This document shows, piece after piece, positions 28,713-41,741 of a stretch of 64,000 nucleotides of DNA (its first letter is position 1; each line of letters opens with the position of its first letter). The stretch comes from Octopus vulgaris (lineage: Eukaryota), in assembly GCA_951406725.2 (NCBI GenBank), contig OX597817.1, positions 120,032,001-120,096,000 on the forward strand, written 5' to 3'. The notes below the pieces were generated by a model. The model had not been told where the DNA came from. It was given only the letters and a program-made list of their open reading frames with translations, and did not search any database. The position numbers and the translations under genes were made by a program.

Positions 28713-28778
28713 ATTAATAGCCGATGAGAATGCATCGTAGCTCTTTGCTCTGATATTTGAAACTCCAAGCACTATAAT
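28713..28778 (+). ncRNA. Degenerate hammerhead in the PLE pLTR
   Basis: ATAG-CCGATGA-G-stem-TGAAA-CTCCAAG-CA-CTAT; stem I ATAG/CTAT. Confidence 0.45.
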
Positions 28779-28916
28779 GACAACTTTTTACTGTTCTAAA
28801 TTATAGCATATATAAATATTCCTCTATTTATCTAATAGTGAGGTCTCATTCTTTTGTTGTTACATTTTATTATTCTTATTATTATTATTATCATTATTAT
28901 AAATATTTATATACAC

Positions 28917-28962
<46 letters not shown>

Positions 28963-28991
28963 TAGCAAGGAAAACGGACGTTAAATGATGA

Positions 28992-29025
<34 letters not shown>

Positions 29026-29149
29026 CAAGAGAGTTTGAGGTTGTGAATACAACCAACTAAGGGATAATATTTATCCAATATACTGCTGGTAGAATACCCA
29101 GTTATTAATACACAAGTGTTTTTTTTAATGCATGGCAATTACACTACTG

Positions 29150-29387
29150 AATGTAATAAATGGGTGAGGGTAAAATCAAAAATAACATAGTAAAAACAGA
29201 TTTTAGTTTAATTAGCAAACATTTTATAAATGGGAAAAACAAATATTGGGAGATAATCAATAGTAAAACAATAAGAATAGGCTATAGTCTAACACATAAC
29301 CTAGCTACCATCATCTCCTCAATTAACAATAGAAAACTGGACACCTATCTATGTAAAAAAAAAAATACAGAAGTAATACAAACATAA
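29150..29387 (+). mobile_element. Second PLE RT C-terminal relic
   Basis: FSLISKHF...KYWEIINSKTIRIGYSLTHNLATIISSINNRKL parallels the 28.3-kb segment. Confidence 0.6.
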
Positions 29388-29415
29388 ATAATAATAATAA
29401 TAACAACTATAATAA

Positions 29416-29446
<31 letters not shown>

Positions 29447-29554
29447 AGAAATATACACAGATATATATATATATACACACAGATACATATATATACACAC
29501 ATATATATGTATATGTGTATAAATATATAGATAGATAGATATAGATATACATAC

Positions 29555-29587
<33 letters not shown>

Positions 29588-29719
29588 CACACACATTGAT
29601 ACACAGCCACACATTTAGAGAATAGACACAGATAGTGACAGTGCAGAGTTGTGTTTCATACCCTGCAAACTAAGCCAATTTTATGGAATACCCACTCAAA
29701 ATACTATTATCTATGCTCA

Positions 29720-29930
29720 TCAGTAAAAGACATGTTCCAAGACTGAAATACTAATTCCATACGAAGCAACGATACTCTGAAAGTAATGCAAGAAAATATC
29801 CAAACACAAAGAGCTGGAAATTGAGATATCCAGAACACTGGGAATGAAAACAGAAATATTTCCTATACTATATGATTTAGGGATTATTAAAAAGAGAAAA
29901 CATGTAAATTTTAAACCAAAACTCAGGTCT
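29720..29930 (+). mobile_element. R4/Dong-like RLE relic
   Basis: KELEIEISRTLGMKTEIFPIL..LGIIKK resembles the 31.9-32.2 kb fragment. Confidence 0.5.
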
Positions 29931-29932
29931 TA

Positions 29933-30478
29933 CATCATCATCATCATCATATAACATCCGCTTTCCATGCTAGCATGGGTCAGATGGTTTGACTGAGGAC
30001 TGGCAAACCAGATGGCAGCACCAGGCTCCAATCTTTATCTGGCAGAGTTTCTACAGCTGGATGCTTTTCCTCACATCAACCACTCTGAGAGTGTAGTGGG
30101 TCTTTTACGTGCCACTGACACAAAGGCCAGTCAGGCAGTCCTAGCAACTACCATGCTCAAATGGTGTTTTTTACATGCCACCTGCACAGGAACCAGTCTA
30201 GCGGCACTGGCAATGACCTCGCTCAAATGTTTTTTCACATGCCACCAATACAAGTGCCAGTAAGGCGACGCTGATAACGATCACACTCAAATAGTGCTTT
30301 TTACGAGCCACCGGCACGGAAGCCAGTTAGCCACTCTGGTAACGATCACGCTCGGATGGTGCTCTTAGCATTCCACTAGCACGGATGCCAGTCATAGAAT
30401 TTGATTTCAATTTTTCTTGCCTCAACAAGTCTTCGCAAGCAGAGTTTAGAGTCCAATGAAGGAAAGGTACGCATAAGT
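29933..30478 (-). mobile_element. RTE LINE 3'UTR
   Basis: (CAT)n plus the same body as 2551-3210. Confidence 0.75.
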
Positions 30479-30829
30479 ATATATATATGTACAATATGTA
30501 CATATATGGACAATATACAGAAAAAAACTGGTACATACATATCACATACAGGATTCTCATCATAATCATATTTAACATTTACTTTTTCCATGGATGCATG
30601 GACTAGCTGGAATTCACTGAGGTAAATTTTCTATAGCCAAATGCCCTTCCTATTACCAACCCTCACCAAACAGAGTAATATTTTTCCTTTATTAGCTCAG
30701 GCTTTACAGAAGGCTAGAACTGAAAAGCATTACTTGTATGATGGCAATGTTCATTTACAACTATTAGGTGATGTCAAGTCAAGCAGACACAGTCACCTAT
30801 ACACAGACACATCACGCATACAGTAACAT

Positions 30830-30862
<33 letters not shown>

Positions 30863-31169
30863 ATGAACTTCCTTCAGTTTCTAAGATCAGCCTAGAGCTA
30901 TAGCAGAAAACAATCATCCAAGATGCCATGTTTGGTGTCAATGACTTTAACAAGAAATGTGTGGGAAGTGAAGTTCAGAACCACACATCAATGCCTGCGT
31001 GTATTATATTCTATTATAAATTCAGGTAGAATTTACAAAAGATGTGCATATCTAAAACAAAAACCAAAAAAGAAAATATTGCATCATAAGAATAATAACA
31101 TCTAGTTTCAGCTCACGAGCTGTGGCCAAGCTGGGGCACCGCCATTCAATAATAATAATAATAACAATA

Positions 31170-31845
31170 ATAATAATAATAATAATCCTGTCTACAATAG
31201 GCATAAGGCCTGGAATTTTGGGCGAAATTACACTGACTTCCATACTTGCCAGGAAATTATTTTATCAGCTCAATGCTGAATGGATGAAAGGCAAAGTCGA
31301 ACTCTGCAAAGTTGGAACATAAAGACAGACAAAATGCCACTAAGCATTGTGCCCAGTATGCTAACAATTCTGCCAGCTTGCTATCTTCATAATAATAAAA
31401 ATAACAACAATAATTCTTTCTAATTTTGGCATAAGGCTAGGGATTTTAAGACAAAGAGCAACTCAGTTATGACAACACAGGTACATGACAGGTACTTTAT
31501 TTTATCGAGACCAAGAAAAGAAAGACAAAGTTAACCTTGGGTGAGATTTGAGCTTAGAACATAAAGCGCCAAAAAAATGCATTTGGTTTGCAGGCTAATG
31601 ATTCTATTAGTTCACTGCCTAGTAGTAGTAGTAGTAGTAGTAGTAGGAGGAGGAGGAGGAGGAGGAGTAATGGTTTCAAATTTCCGCACAGGGCCATCAA
31701 CTGATGAGTGCTGAACTGGTCACTTATTTTATCAACCCCAAAATATGACCTCAGCAGAACTTGAACTCAGAAGGTAAAGATGGACAAAATATCACTAAGC
31801 ATTTTACCCATCATGCTAACAATTCTGCTAGCTTGCCACTTTAAT
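31170..31845 (-). mobile_element. Three tandem SINE family A copies separated by (AAT)n/(AGT)n
   Basis: Repeated reverse-complement family A bodies at ~31190-31390, 31415-31620 and 31670-31845. Confidence 0.7.
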
Positions 31846-31896
31846 AACAGTAATAATAATGATAAAAAATAATAATCATAATAATAATAATAAAAA

Positions 31897-32295
31897 ATCA
31901 TCAGGTAAAAAAATGCCTACTCATCAATGTATCAATACCAACAGATGACAATGCTTCTCTAAAAGAAACGAAGAAACTTTCAAAATACAATGACCTGGAA
32001 ATAGAGCTAACTCGAATGTGAAGCCTAAAAACAGGCACAGTTCCTATAATAGTAGGCACATTAACTATGATAAAAAAAATATTCAGACAAATACTTGACA
32101 AAAACACCAGGACTAACAAGTATATATAACATACAGAAAATAGCACTACTAGGCATTGCACATATCTTAGGTAAAACACTTCCAATACAGTAACCGTAAG
32201 AGTATCACAACAAACCAAAGCACATACCCAAGGCACACAGAGCTGCACTGGATAGTGAAGTAAAAGCACATCGTAAAGATAAGACTACTGAATGA
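31897..32295 (+). mobile_element. R4/Dong-clade non-LTR 3' fragment (restriction-like endonuclease)
   Basis: KCLLINVSIPTDDN..LKE.KKLSKYNDLEIE..RM*SLKT.TVPIIVG...YNIQKIALLG.AHIL; flanked by (AAT)n. Confidence 0.75.
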
Positions 32296-32516
32296 TAATG
32301 ATCTTTTCTGTTATAGGCACAAGGCTTGAAATTTGGCAGGTGGTGTGTAGTCGATTACATTGCCCCCACTGTTTTACTAGTACTCAATTTATCAATCCTG
32401 AAAGGATGAAAGGTGGAATTTAAACTTAGAATGTAGCATCAGGTGAAATACCACTAAACATTTCATCGAGCATGCTAACAATTCTGCCAGCTCACAGCCT
32501 TAATAATAATAATAAT

Positions 32517-32762
32517 CATAAGCTCATGGGAACTGCTCATATCCTATGCAAAATACTTTCTATGTAATCTCAAGGTTTAAAACAAACATAATTTTCGGTT
32601 TTTGTTTTTTTAGACATTTACTAGTACAACACCAAAAATAAAACAACAAATATATGACACACTAGGCATAACAACAACATGAACTTCCAACCTGTTGTCT
32701 CTTGAGGTCTCTGGGTGAGACTTGGAGCCAACTTGTACAAATATAAAGCAAAAGTCAAACAT

Positions 32763-32766
<4 letters not shown>
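32517..32766 (+). mobile_element. R4/Dong-like extreme 3' end
   Basis: LMGTAHILCKILSM* plus 3'UTR between two (AAT)n tracts. Confidence 0.6.
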
Positions 32767-32807
<41 letters not shown>

Positions 32808-32809
32808 TC

Positions 32810-33557
32810 ATGCAACAAATCACAAATGTTGGAAGTAAAGAGCAGTGCATCTGGCTGACAGACAGGAACTTGAAATGAGAGACCAAAACACTAATTATAG
32901 CTGCTCAGGAACTGGCCATTAGAACAAATCTCATAAAGGCAATGATTGACAAAACCCAGTCAGAGAGCAAATGTAGAATCTGCAGGAAAGGAAATGAAAA
33001 TATCAATCACCTTTTGAGTGAGTGCAGTATGCTAACACAGAAGGAGTATAGGTCCAAGCATGATTGTGTAGACAAAAGAATGGGACATTAGCTGAGTGTG
33101 TGGCTTCAAAATAACAGACAAAATATGAACACAAACTACAGGCTGTTATATAAAGTGAAAAATTATCAGATTCTGTGGGACTTCCCTATAAATGACTAGC
33201 CATACTACTGAAGCAAGAAGGCCAGATATGATTATAGAAGCCAAAGGTTTTGCAATTTGCTTTGGTAGCAAAGTTGATAGCAAAGAAATTGAAAAAAGGT
33301 TGACAAATATCAGGATCTAGCCAGAGAGCTGAGGAGACTGTGGAAGACTAAGACAATAATTATTCCAGTAGCAATAGGTGCACAAAAAAATGCTACCTAA
33401 AAGACTGAAAGAAATTGGAATTGAAACTCATATTGTCAACCTGCAGAAAAAGTATCAGCTGATATACTGCAAGAATGCTAGGGAAGATTCTGGAAATTTG
33501 AGATTTTTATCAGCAGAATTCACGATATTATCCCTGCTAAATAAATTAGCATATACT
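32810..33557 (+). mobile_element. R4/Dong-clade fragment: CCHC zinc knuckle plus RLE domain
   Basis: IIAAQELAIRTN...KCRICRKGNENINHLLSEC...WDFPI...RRPDMI...KYQDLARELRRLW; frameshifts; (AAT)n on both sides. Confidence 0.8.
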
Positions 33558-33704
33558 ATAATAATAATAATAATAATCCTTTCTACTACAGGCACAAGGC
33601 CTGAAACTTGAGGAAGGGGAATAGTCAGTTACATCGACCCCAGTATTCAAGTGGTACTTTTTTTATTGACCCCAAAAGGATGAAAGGCAAAGTGGACTTC
33701 AGCA

Positions 33705-33765
<61 letters not shown>

Positions 33766-35139
33766 TCTTTCTAATTTAAGGACAAGGCCAGCAGTTTTGA
33801 GGAAAGGAGCAAGTTGATTACACCAACCTAATAATAATAATGATAATTAATGAGTGTCAAATTGTAAAATATCTAATCTATTAATAATTAAATTATGAAA
33901 TCAAAGCAAATATTATGGATTTGCTCTCAAATTATATCTAAATAAAATTGTTTCATATATCTTTTTTATGGGTACTATCAAGTTGGTGTAGTAAAGAAGT
34001 CAGTTTCATAGCAACATGGCTCTGAGTTCCATCCCAGTCAACTTTATTGCTTGTCATTCTCCAAAGCCAATAGTAACTACAAGACAATGTGCCAGGGTTG
34101 ATATAATTGACTTTAACCTTTGAAGGTGTTACCACTGCATGGCTACAGTCCAATAAAACAATAAATGAATTCTTTCAACTCTTAGATTTAAATATGGTCA
34201 AGAACTACAAATCATATTGCAGAAAATTAATGGAAGCCACACACGGCATGAAAAAACACAATGAAAATATATTCTCATACATCAAACATATTTACAAATA
34301 TTGTTCGAGATTAAACCACAGTACAGTATACAGAACCACAAGCTAATAAATACATTATATAACAATAATTAAAATACAAGCATAAAAAGAAAATCAGAAA
34401 AGTTTAATGCTGAACTGACAATGATTTCAGAAAATGGAAAAAAAAAAAAAAAACAGGTGGAAAGAGAAAAAGAAACTAAAAAGCAATAATCTGAGAATTG
34501 TTTAAAAAATGGAAAAAAAAAACAAGAATTGCAAAGACCAGATGGAAATAAAGTGAAACAGAAGAAAATTCTGAGGTTGAATAGAATATTGAAAAGTTAT
34601 CAGCAGACAACATCACAGACATTTGACATCTGATTTGTACAGTTGTTAACTAATATTGCAGAGTTCGTGCTGATAGAATGGACGAATAAAAAGAATACCT
34701 TTTGGTGGAAGAGAACACTCCAAACAGACATCAGAAACATGAGAGGGGGAAAAAACTTTAGTAAAACTCATTGTTGGTATTGGGAATATTTGCAACAGAA
34801 ACTGAGTAATATATGGAAAGAAGTAGCTTAATGTCTCTATTTTATAGTTGTAGTTGTGTGTATGAGTGTATAGGCTGGAAATTGCAGTGTTAGTGACCGT
34901 CTTTATGCCATTCAGTCAAGTATCCCTCTTCAGGATGCTTAAGTGCACCACACAAGAATGATATGAAAACCATACTGCATTGAAGTTCTCAACTGAATTT
35001 TGAAGTTTAAATAGTTTCTGGCTGAGAAAAGAAGATGTATATTTCTCATGTAATTTTAGCTATGGCAATGACAAGTTCCTTCACTCCTTAGGGGTCGTTG
35101 GGGCACTGCAGCCATGCAGAATATCTTGGGTGAGAAAGC

Positions 35140-35460
35140 CTGGCAGAACCTATCCCTATCCAGGCTATATTCATTTCTACAGCTGAGTGGACTAGAGCAA
35201 CATGAACTGAAGTGTTTTGCTCAAGAACACAATGGATGCCCAGTCCAGGGATTGAGATCACAATCTTACAGTGATGAATCCAACACCCTTAAACACTAAG
35301 TGACATGCCTCACTAGTGGTACTCATTCCTATAGCTGAATTGTCTGAAGCAGTGTAAAAGGAAGCATTTTGCTCAAAAACATAATGCATTGCCTGGTCCA
35401 GGAATTGAAACCACAATCTTATGATCATGAGTCCAACACCCTAACTAATGTAGCCACTAA
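35140..35460 (-). mobile_element. Two tandem tRNA-headed SINE fragments
   Basis: 'gtgttttgctcaagaacac...ggattga..cacaatctta..gatgaatccaacaccct' occurs twice. Confidence 0.55.
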
Positions 35461-35789
35461 ATTACAAGCTGTTTCATTGCAAATATAATATGAGCATCTA
35501 AACTTTAGACTCTAAAGAGAAAAGAAAAAGCTCCTGCTAGATGGAATTAGTGAAATTAGGAAAAGAAAGCAAAGTATAAAAGACCACATACTAATTAACT
35601 AATCTCTTATGAAGATGTATATATGTAACAGGTAACAGAAATGAGCATCTCATGAAAGTATATATATCATTGGAACCAGAATCATTTTAAGGTGTTTGGT
35701 ATTGCCAACAGTTTTTATCAGTGTATTTTTGAGAAATATATAAAAATGAAGAAACAGAATTCTATTTCACTTTTAGATATCTTAAAGTG

Positions 35790-36240
35790 GATTATGTGTC
35801 TATCCTCATGTGTGTGGTCATGGCCAAAAATAATATGCTCCCAAATACAAGTATCTGAAATGGAGTTACTTTGAAGGGTCTCCAGAGTAATGTTACTTGA
35901 CAGGATGCATAACTTAGAGATCAGAGAGTTTCTGCTGGTTGAGCCACTACTTCACATTGAGAGGTCACAGATTTGGTTCCTATGGACATGCGATTAGAAT
36001 GTTACAAATGGTGAAGAAAAGTATCACAAGACAAATTCAAATTGAGCCAATCAGCAGGATACTGAAGAGTCAATTGAGAAGGAGTTAGGTGGATAGTAGC
36101 CATAGTTTCAGTCAGTTACACAAGGGAATCCAGGTACAAAGTGCAATGCTGGTTACTTCTGACAGGAACCCATAGATGAGGCACCCAAGGACCCTACCCT
36201 CATGTTCCTTCCAAGAATAGTGAGTGGAGAAGATGACTGG
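35790..36240 (+). mobile_element. Decayed RTE LINE ORF C-terminus
   Basis: SEMELL*RVSRVMLLDRMHNLEIREFLLVEPLLHIERSQ..YGH matches the RTE C-terminal pattern. Confidence 0.65.
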
Positions 36241-36257
36241 TTGGCTGGCTGGATATA

Positions 36258-36486
36258 TTAACTTCTGTGCATTCACATTAGTCAGTCAACACTAATGTAT
36301 ATTTATTCACATAGTTTTCAAATTAATCAGACATTATCTTGTAGCTTTGATGTTTTGATGAGGAAACTGTTAATTCTGAAAATGATACTGCAGGGTAAGT
36401 GTTAAAAACCAGATCTGGCCAGTTTGAGCATAAAAGAAGTAGAATATTTTGGTTGGACATAACAGGTTTAAATGTGAAAGGGTTAA
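36258..36486. mobile_element. piggyBac-type MITE (TTAA-flanked)
   Basis: TTAA at both ends, right end aaagggTTAA; homologous copy at 62218-62436. Confidence 0.6.
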
Positions 36487-38299
36487 GCATGTACCATTTG
36501 AGAAAGGAATCATTTAGACATTTTTCTTCACTTATTTATCCACTTCAACTTTGTAGATAAAAAAAACAGGTTTTAATATCACCTGTTATTCTAGAGGCAC
36601 CTGAGTTCAACCAACTGTTCTTTTGGGCAATATGAAACCAATTGGCAAAGATTAAAATCAAACTGGCCCTTTCTTCCAAACAAGAATATTATTATTTTTC
36701 TTGTCAAGGCTTATGTATAAAGTAAGGTATTTAAAAAAGTGCTACATACATATGATGAAAATCATTTGAAGTTTTCAGAAGTTTTACTTTGATTTTGCAT
36801 ATGACATAAAAACAAACAATACCTATACAAATAATCTTAGAAATTATCATTAACCTCAACAACATCATTGTTATTATTATTATCATTACTATTATCATCA
36901 TCATTTGTATTTTACTTACAAGGATCTGTTTGTATTTACTTTTGTTATTGCCATATAGATGATGTTTTTCAAAGAATTCTCAAAGATTGGATATTTTGCC
37001 TTTGTAAACTTGTATGCAAAGCTTAGTTTCATTTTATTATTGAAATCAAAAAGGAATTCTATTAAACACCCCTTTGGCTCAACTAGACATCGTTGGATAT
37101 TAATACCCTGTTCAGAAATTGAATATTTTTTTTACATGCTTTATGATTTTATATGACTAGTAAATTTTGTGATGTGGTAAACTTTTTTACAAAATGAATG
37201 AAATGTATTTGAACATTTTGTTTCACTTTTGTTTTGGCTTTATTTATATTTGCATCAAGACAAGTGAGAAAAGGCTCCAAATGAAAAAAAACGAAAGGTA
37301 AAAAAAAATCACATTCCAATGAACATGAAGCAAAAAAGAAATATAAACAACCCTACTTTGTAAGAAGAAATGCATATCTTAGAAATAGAAAACTGTTCAT
37401 ATCTCCAACCCTTAAAATGTAATAATGTTTTACTGAGTAGCTTTGAGAAGCAACAACACAGGCACTCCCACACAAACACAAATGTCACCAAACAATAAAT
37501 GAACAAGCAAAAGCAATTTAGCTAAAATTACCTCCAACATTCAATCTCTAAATATAGAAGAGGCACAGTTGAAAGTGTAAACATAGTGAAGCTGCATTCA
37601 TAAGAATTTCATCTCTTTATTTCAAGAAGTTATTCACAGGAGTAAATTTTTGTATCTTTCTCTCAGAAAGAAAGGAGGACCTTCTCTGAGGTAACAGGAA
37701 GTCATATAAACACATATAATCTTGCCCATACAGATGGGGAAAAAGAAATAAATAAACATGGCTTTTGAGGTTTCAGACAAGGCATAGAAACATGCAGAAA
37801 TTATGTAGAAAATACATCCATTCATAAGTTCGTACCCACTTCATGAGGCAGCTTAACACAAGGTGACAGTCATGAGTACAGCAACTGACATTAACTCTTA
37901 GTTCATTATTAAGTGTCAATGTCACTTATAAACATTTTTAGTACAATGTTGGTGGACGTTAAGCACAGAAGTAATGAGAAATGTATTGGGAGGAATTACA
38001 AATGGACAAGCAATTCTTTATGATTTCACATACAGAAAAAAACCCATTCCAGACTCATGCTCAGCCACTCATTCATACTGATTACTCTCAAATAACACAA
38101 AATATTTGAGCTGTATCCAGCTGAGCTATGTGTATAAAGAGAATAGTATCACAGGTCAAAACTACGAGTGGGTATAGCCTGCTGGTGTATAACAGATTTT
38201 ACAATTGTTATGTGTGTGACAGTGAGAGCCACTGAAAGGTTATCTGTCCAGTGTGGCTGAAAAGGCAGAAAAAGAGAGAGTGGGGAAAAAAAATAACAG

Positions 38300-38838
38300 C
38301 AGCAGCATTTCATCCATCCTTAAGTTCTGAGTTCAAATTCCACTGAGGTCAACCTTGCTTTTCCTCCTTTCAAGGTCTATAAAATAAGTACCAGTTATGC
38401 ACTGGGGTTTAATATAGTCAATAAGCCCCCTCTCCTACTTTCCTAAAAATTTTCAGATACTGTGCCTACACTATGAAGGATTATTATTATTACTATTATT
38501 ATCCTTATTCTTCTTCTTATTATTATTATTAAGGAGTGGGGAGGTTGGTGTGATTGGTTAGTAGACTTGTCGTGAATATAGGCGTTGGTTCGATTCCACT
38601 GCACACTAGCACCTGCTTTTCTTAAAGGCAGCAAGATGGTAGAACCGTTAGCATGCTGGATGAAATGCATAGCGGTATTTCACCCATTGTTCCATTCTGA
38701 GTTCAAATTCTGCTGAGGTTGACTTTGCCTTTCATCCTTTAGGGGGTTGATATATTAAATACCAGTGAAACTGCGGGGTCAATGTAATTGACTTATCCTC
38801 TCCCCCAAAATTGCTACCCTTGTGGCAAAATTTGAAAC

Positions 38839-38889
<51 letters not shown>

Positions 38890-39595
38890 GGTGACAGGCT
38901 GGCAGAATCATTAGCAGGCCAGGCAAAATACTTACTGGCATTTTGTTCATCTTTACATTCTGAGTTCAAATTCCACTGTGGTTGGCTTTGTCTTTCATCC
39001 TTTCAGGGTCAATAAAATAAGTACCAGTCGATCACTGGGGTTGATTTAATCGACTTAGCCTCCCTCCATAAATTGCTGGCCTTGTGCTAAAATTTGAACC
39101 CATTATTATTACTACTACTGTGATGAGTTGGTAGAATTTGTTAGCACGTTAGACAAATGCTTTGCAGTATTTCTTCTGGCTCATTATGTTCTGAGATCAA
39201 ATTTCACTGAGGTCAACTTTGCCTTTCATATTTTTAGGATTGATAAAATAAAAACTAGTTGACCATTGGTGCCAATGTAATCAGCTAGCCCCAACTCCCC
39301 GCAAATTTGAGGCCTTATGCCTATAGTAAAAAAGAATCAAGATTATTGTTGTTATTATTAAGGCTGTGAGCTGGCAGTTAGCATATTGGACAAAATGCTT
39401 GGTAGCATTTCTCCTGGCTCTTACAGGAGAAATGTTCTGAGTTCAAATTCTACTGAGGTCGAATTTACCTTTCATCCTTTCTGGGCCAATAAAATGAAGT
39501 ACCAGACAAGTACTGAAGTCAATGTAATTGACTATTTCCCACCCCTTAAAACTGCTGTCATTGTGCCAAAATTCAAAACCATTATTTTTATTATT
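38300..39595 (+). mobile_element. Head-to-tail array of five SINE family A copies joined by (ATT)n
   Basis: Copies at ~38300, 38625, 38888, 39120 and 39360, each with gagttcaaatt..ctgagg and ctttcatcctt. Confidence 0.85.
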
Positions 39596-40229
39596 GTTAA
39601 GTCTACACATCTTGGAAAAGGAACAGTAAGCACTGGAAATATTTAAGTTCATAATGTAGAAGGGATATAACTAAACATAAAAGAGACATTTTTTTCTAGT
39701 ACACAGCCAATTTTACCACCCACAGTCCTTTCACTTAAAATTTTCAAATAAAGCAATATTTTGATTTAATGGACTGGTACTTTAGTTATTATGCCTATGA
39801 GAATAAATGGCAAAGTTGATGTGATTTGAACAAAGAAATTGAAATGACAGGAATAAATAGCACAAAGCATTTATTTAGTTAGTTTGCCATTTCTACAACT
39901 CCACCAACTATTAAAATAATAATATAATGTCTAGCACACACTCAAAGCCACACACTTTAGTAAGGAAGCTATAGTTTATTAAACTGAACCTAGTATTATC
40001 TGATATTATTTTACTAAGCCTAGATATAATAAATGCAAAGTTGTCCCCAGTGTTTTTGCACATAAACATGTATATCAAATTATTGCAACTAAATTTCTAC
40101 CATTTCACTGAAGTCATTTAGAATTCTAGATAAACTTAAAAGGAAATTTATTTAATGCACATTGACTGATCTAATTCCAACTCTATCAACAAAATCAACA
40201 ATATAAATGTGATATAAAAGCCTTGATAA

Positions 40230-41186
40230 AACCCAATATAGCTGAACCTCAGTGAAGAGTGAGGTGCTCTCAGGTAGGCCAAGGTACCCTCAGGTGGGCC
40301 ATCTACAAGCCAAAATGAAGAGCTGATTGAGAAGTTTTGGTGAATAATCATGAAAATTGCTCACAAAGTGGGAATAAGCATAGGCTCAGTGCATTCCATT
40401 TTAATGGAGGATTTGTACAAGCAGGGAATGTTGATGAAATTCATCCCCAAGGTGTTGGTAGAGCAGCAAAAGCAACTCCACATGGAAATCACTCAGGACC
40501 TGCTGGACTGTACAAACTACAAACCAGACTTCATGAAAATCATTATCACTGGTGATGAGAGATGGGTTTATGTTACAACCCAGAAATCTATGCCAGTCCT
40601 CCCAATAGAAGCATCTGTTATCACAAAGGTCCAAAATAGCATGACAGATTTGCAACAATCTGAAGGTAATGTTGACCTTTTTCTATGACTTCTGTAGCAC
40701 TTTACATCATGACTATGCATTACAAGACCAAACAATCAATAAGGAATACTGCCTGGAGGTTATATGTTGCCTTTGTGATGCTGAGCATCAAAAGCAAACA
40801 TCTGGGTAATGAAGAATTGGTAACTTCACCATAACAATGCACCCACTCATAATCCAAGCTTTCCTGGTCTAAAACAACACCTCACTTGATCGATAGGCTC
40901 CCTACTCTCTCAACTTGGCACAGTGTTGGCTCTTCCCCAAACTAAAAAAAACCATGCTGAAAAGAGTAATTTGGCTCACAAGAGGAAATTATGTAAAGAA
41001 CAACAGCAGAGCTCCCTAGCATTCTAGAGATGTTTCAGATGTGTTAGTAGCAGTAGCAGAATTGATGGGAGAACTGTATGAACTCCCAAAGGAGTGTTTC
41101 GAAAGTGATTAAATATAATTTGTGAAGTGTACTAAACTGTTTTGTTTTATGCCCGAAGGTCAGATACTTTTTGAATGAACCCTGTA
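40230..41186 (+). mobile_element. Decayed mariner transposon
   Basis: IAHKVGISIGSVHSIL...FIPKVL...IITGDERWVY (first D), later LHHNNAPTH and PYSLNLA (YSPDLAP-like); right TIR actttttgaatgaaccctg+TA. Confidence 0.85.
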
Positions 41187-41604
41187 AATAAGAGAGGTAA
41201 GTATTTCTTCAACCATTGTTGATTAGTTTGTCTTTTATTATAATCATATATATTTTCTCTCATCAGTAACATTTTAAAATTAAGACTAGCCTCTTATCTG
41301 GCTTTATTATCATATCATAGATAATTAGAAAATAATTACAAACTATAAATGTTGACTAAAATTATTAGAAAATAGAATCCCACAAAGCATGTAACTTCAC
41401 AAGAAACACTACTTCAGTATACAAAAATGTTTTTTTACATTAATACAACTGAATATATTCATGGGGTAATCATTCTGAATGAACACCTACAAGTTAATTA
41501 AAATTCTATTCAAACAAGTACATGTGTATAATATATATATATACATATAGTGTTGACTGCTGAGTAAAAAAGTACTTGATACCATAGTAAAGGTTAATAT
41601 TTCA

Positions 41605-41741
41605 TTTTGGTTGAGTCAGTCTCTTGCAACTCTGAGTTTTGTCTGTGGCTGCAAGATTCTTCAGGGAAGTTACAACTCTTGCCTAAAGACCCTGTGTACC
41701 CACAAGTTAAATTTGGAGTAGCAAGAGACTGACTCAACAAA

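Larger units (their letters stand above)
27600..28860 (+). mobile_element. Penelope-like element fragment (RT C-half, Naiad-like) plus pLTR
   Basis: HRDNAL (YRDD-like), VNFLDV, YKPYRKPND..YIN..S.H, ISNLSS, KIILFTPPYS, IGKYFLSLKDRHFP, KISFSSTPNLKNII; frameshifts; SINE A inserted at ~27970-28210. Confidence 0.85.

Noticed and set aside
37667-37690. 24-nt plus-strand microexon candidate (KERRTFSE) with AG/GT
   Set aside because: Isolated, with no convincing neighbouring plus-strand exons; cannot be distinguished from chance
38533-38620. tRNA-like segment with B box GGTTCGATTCC
   Set aside because: A cloverleaf cannot be completed; it lies within the SINE array and is likely a SINE head relic, not a tRNA gene
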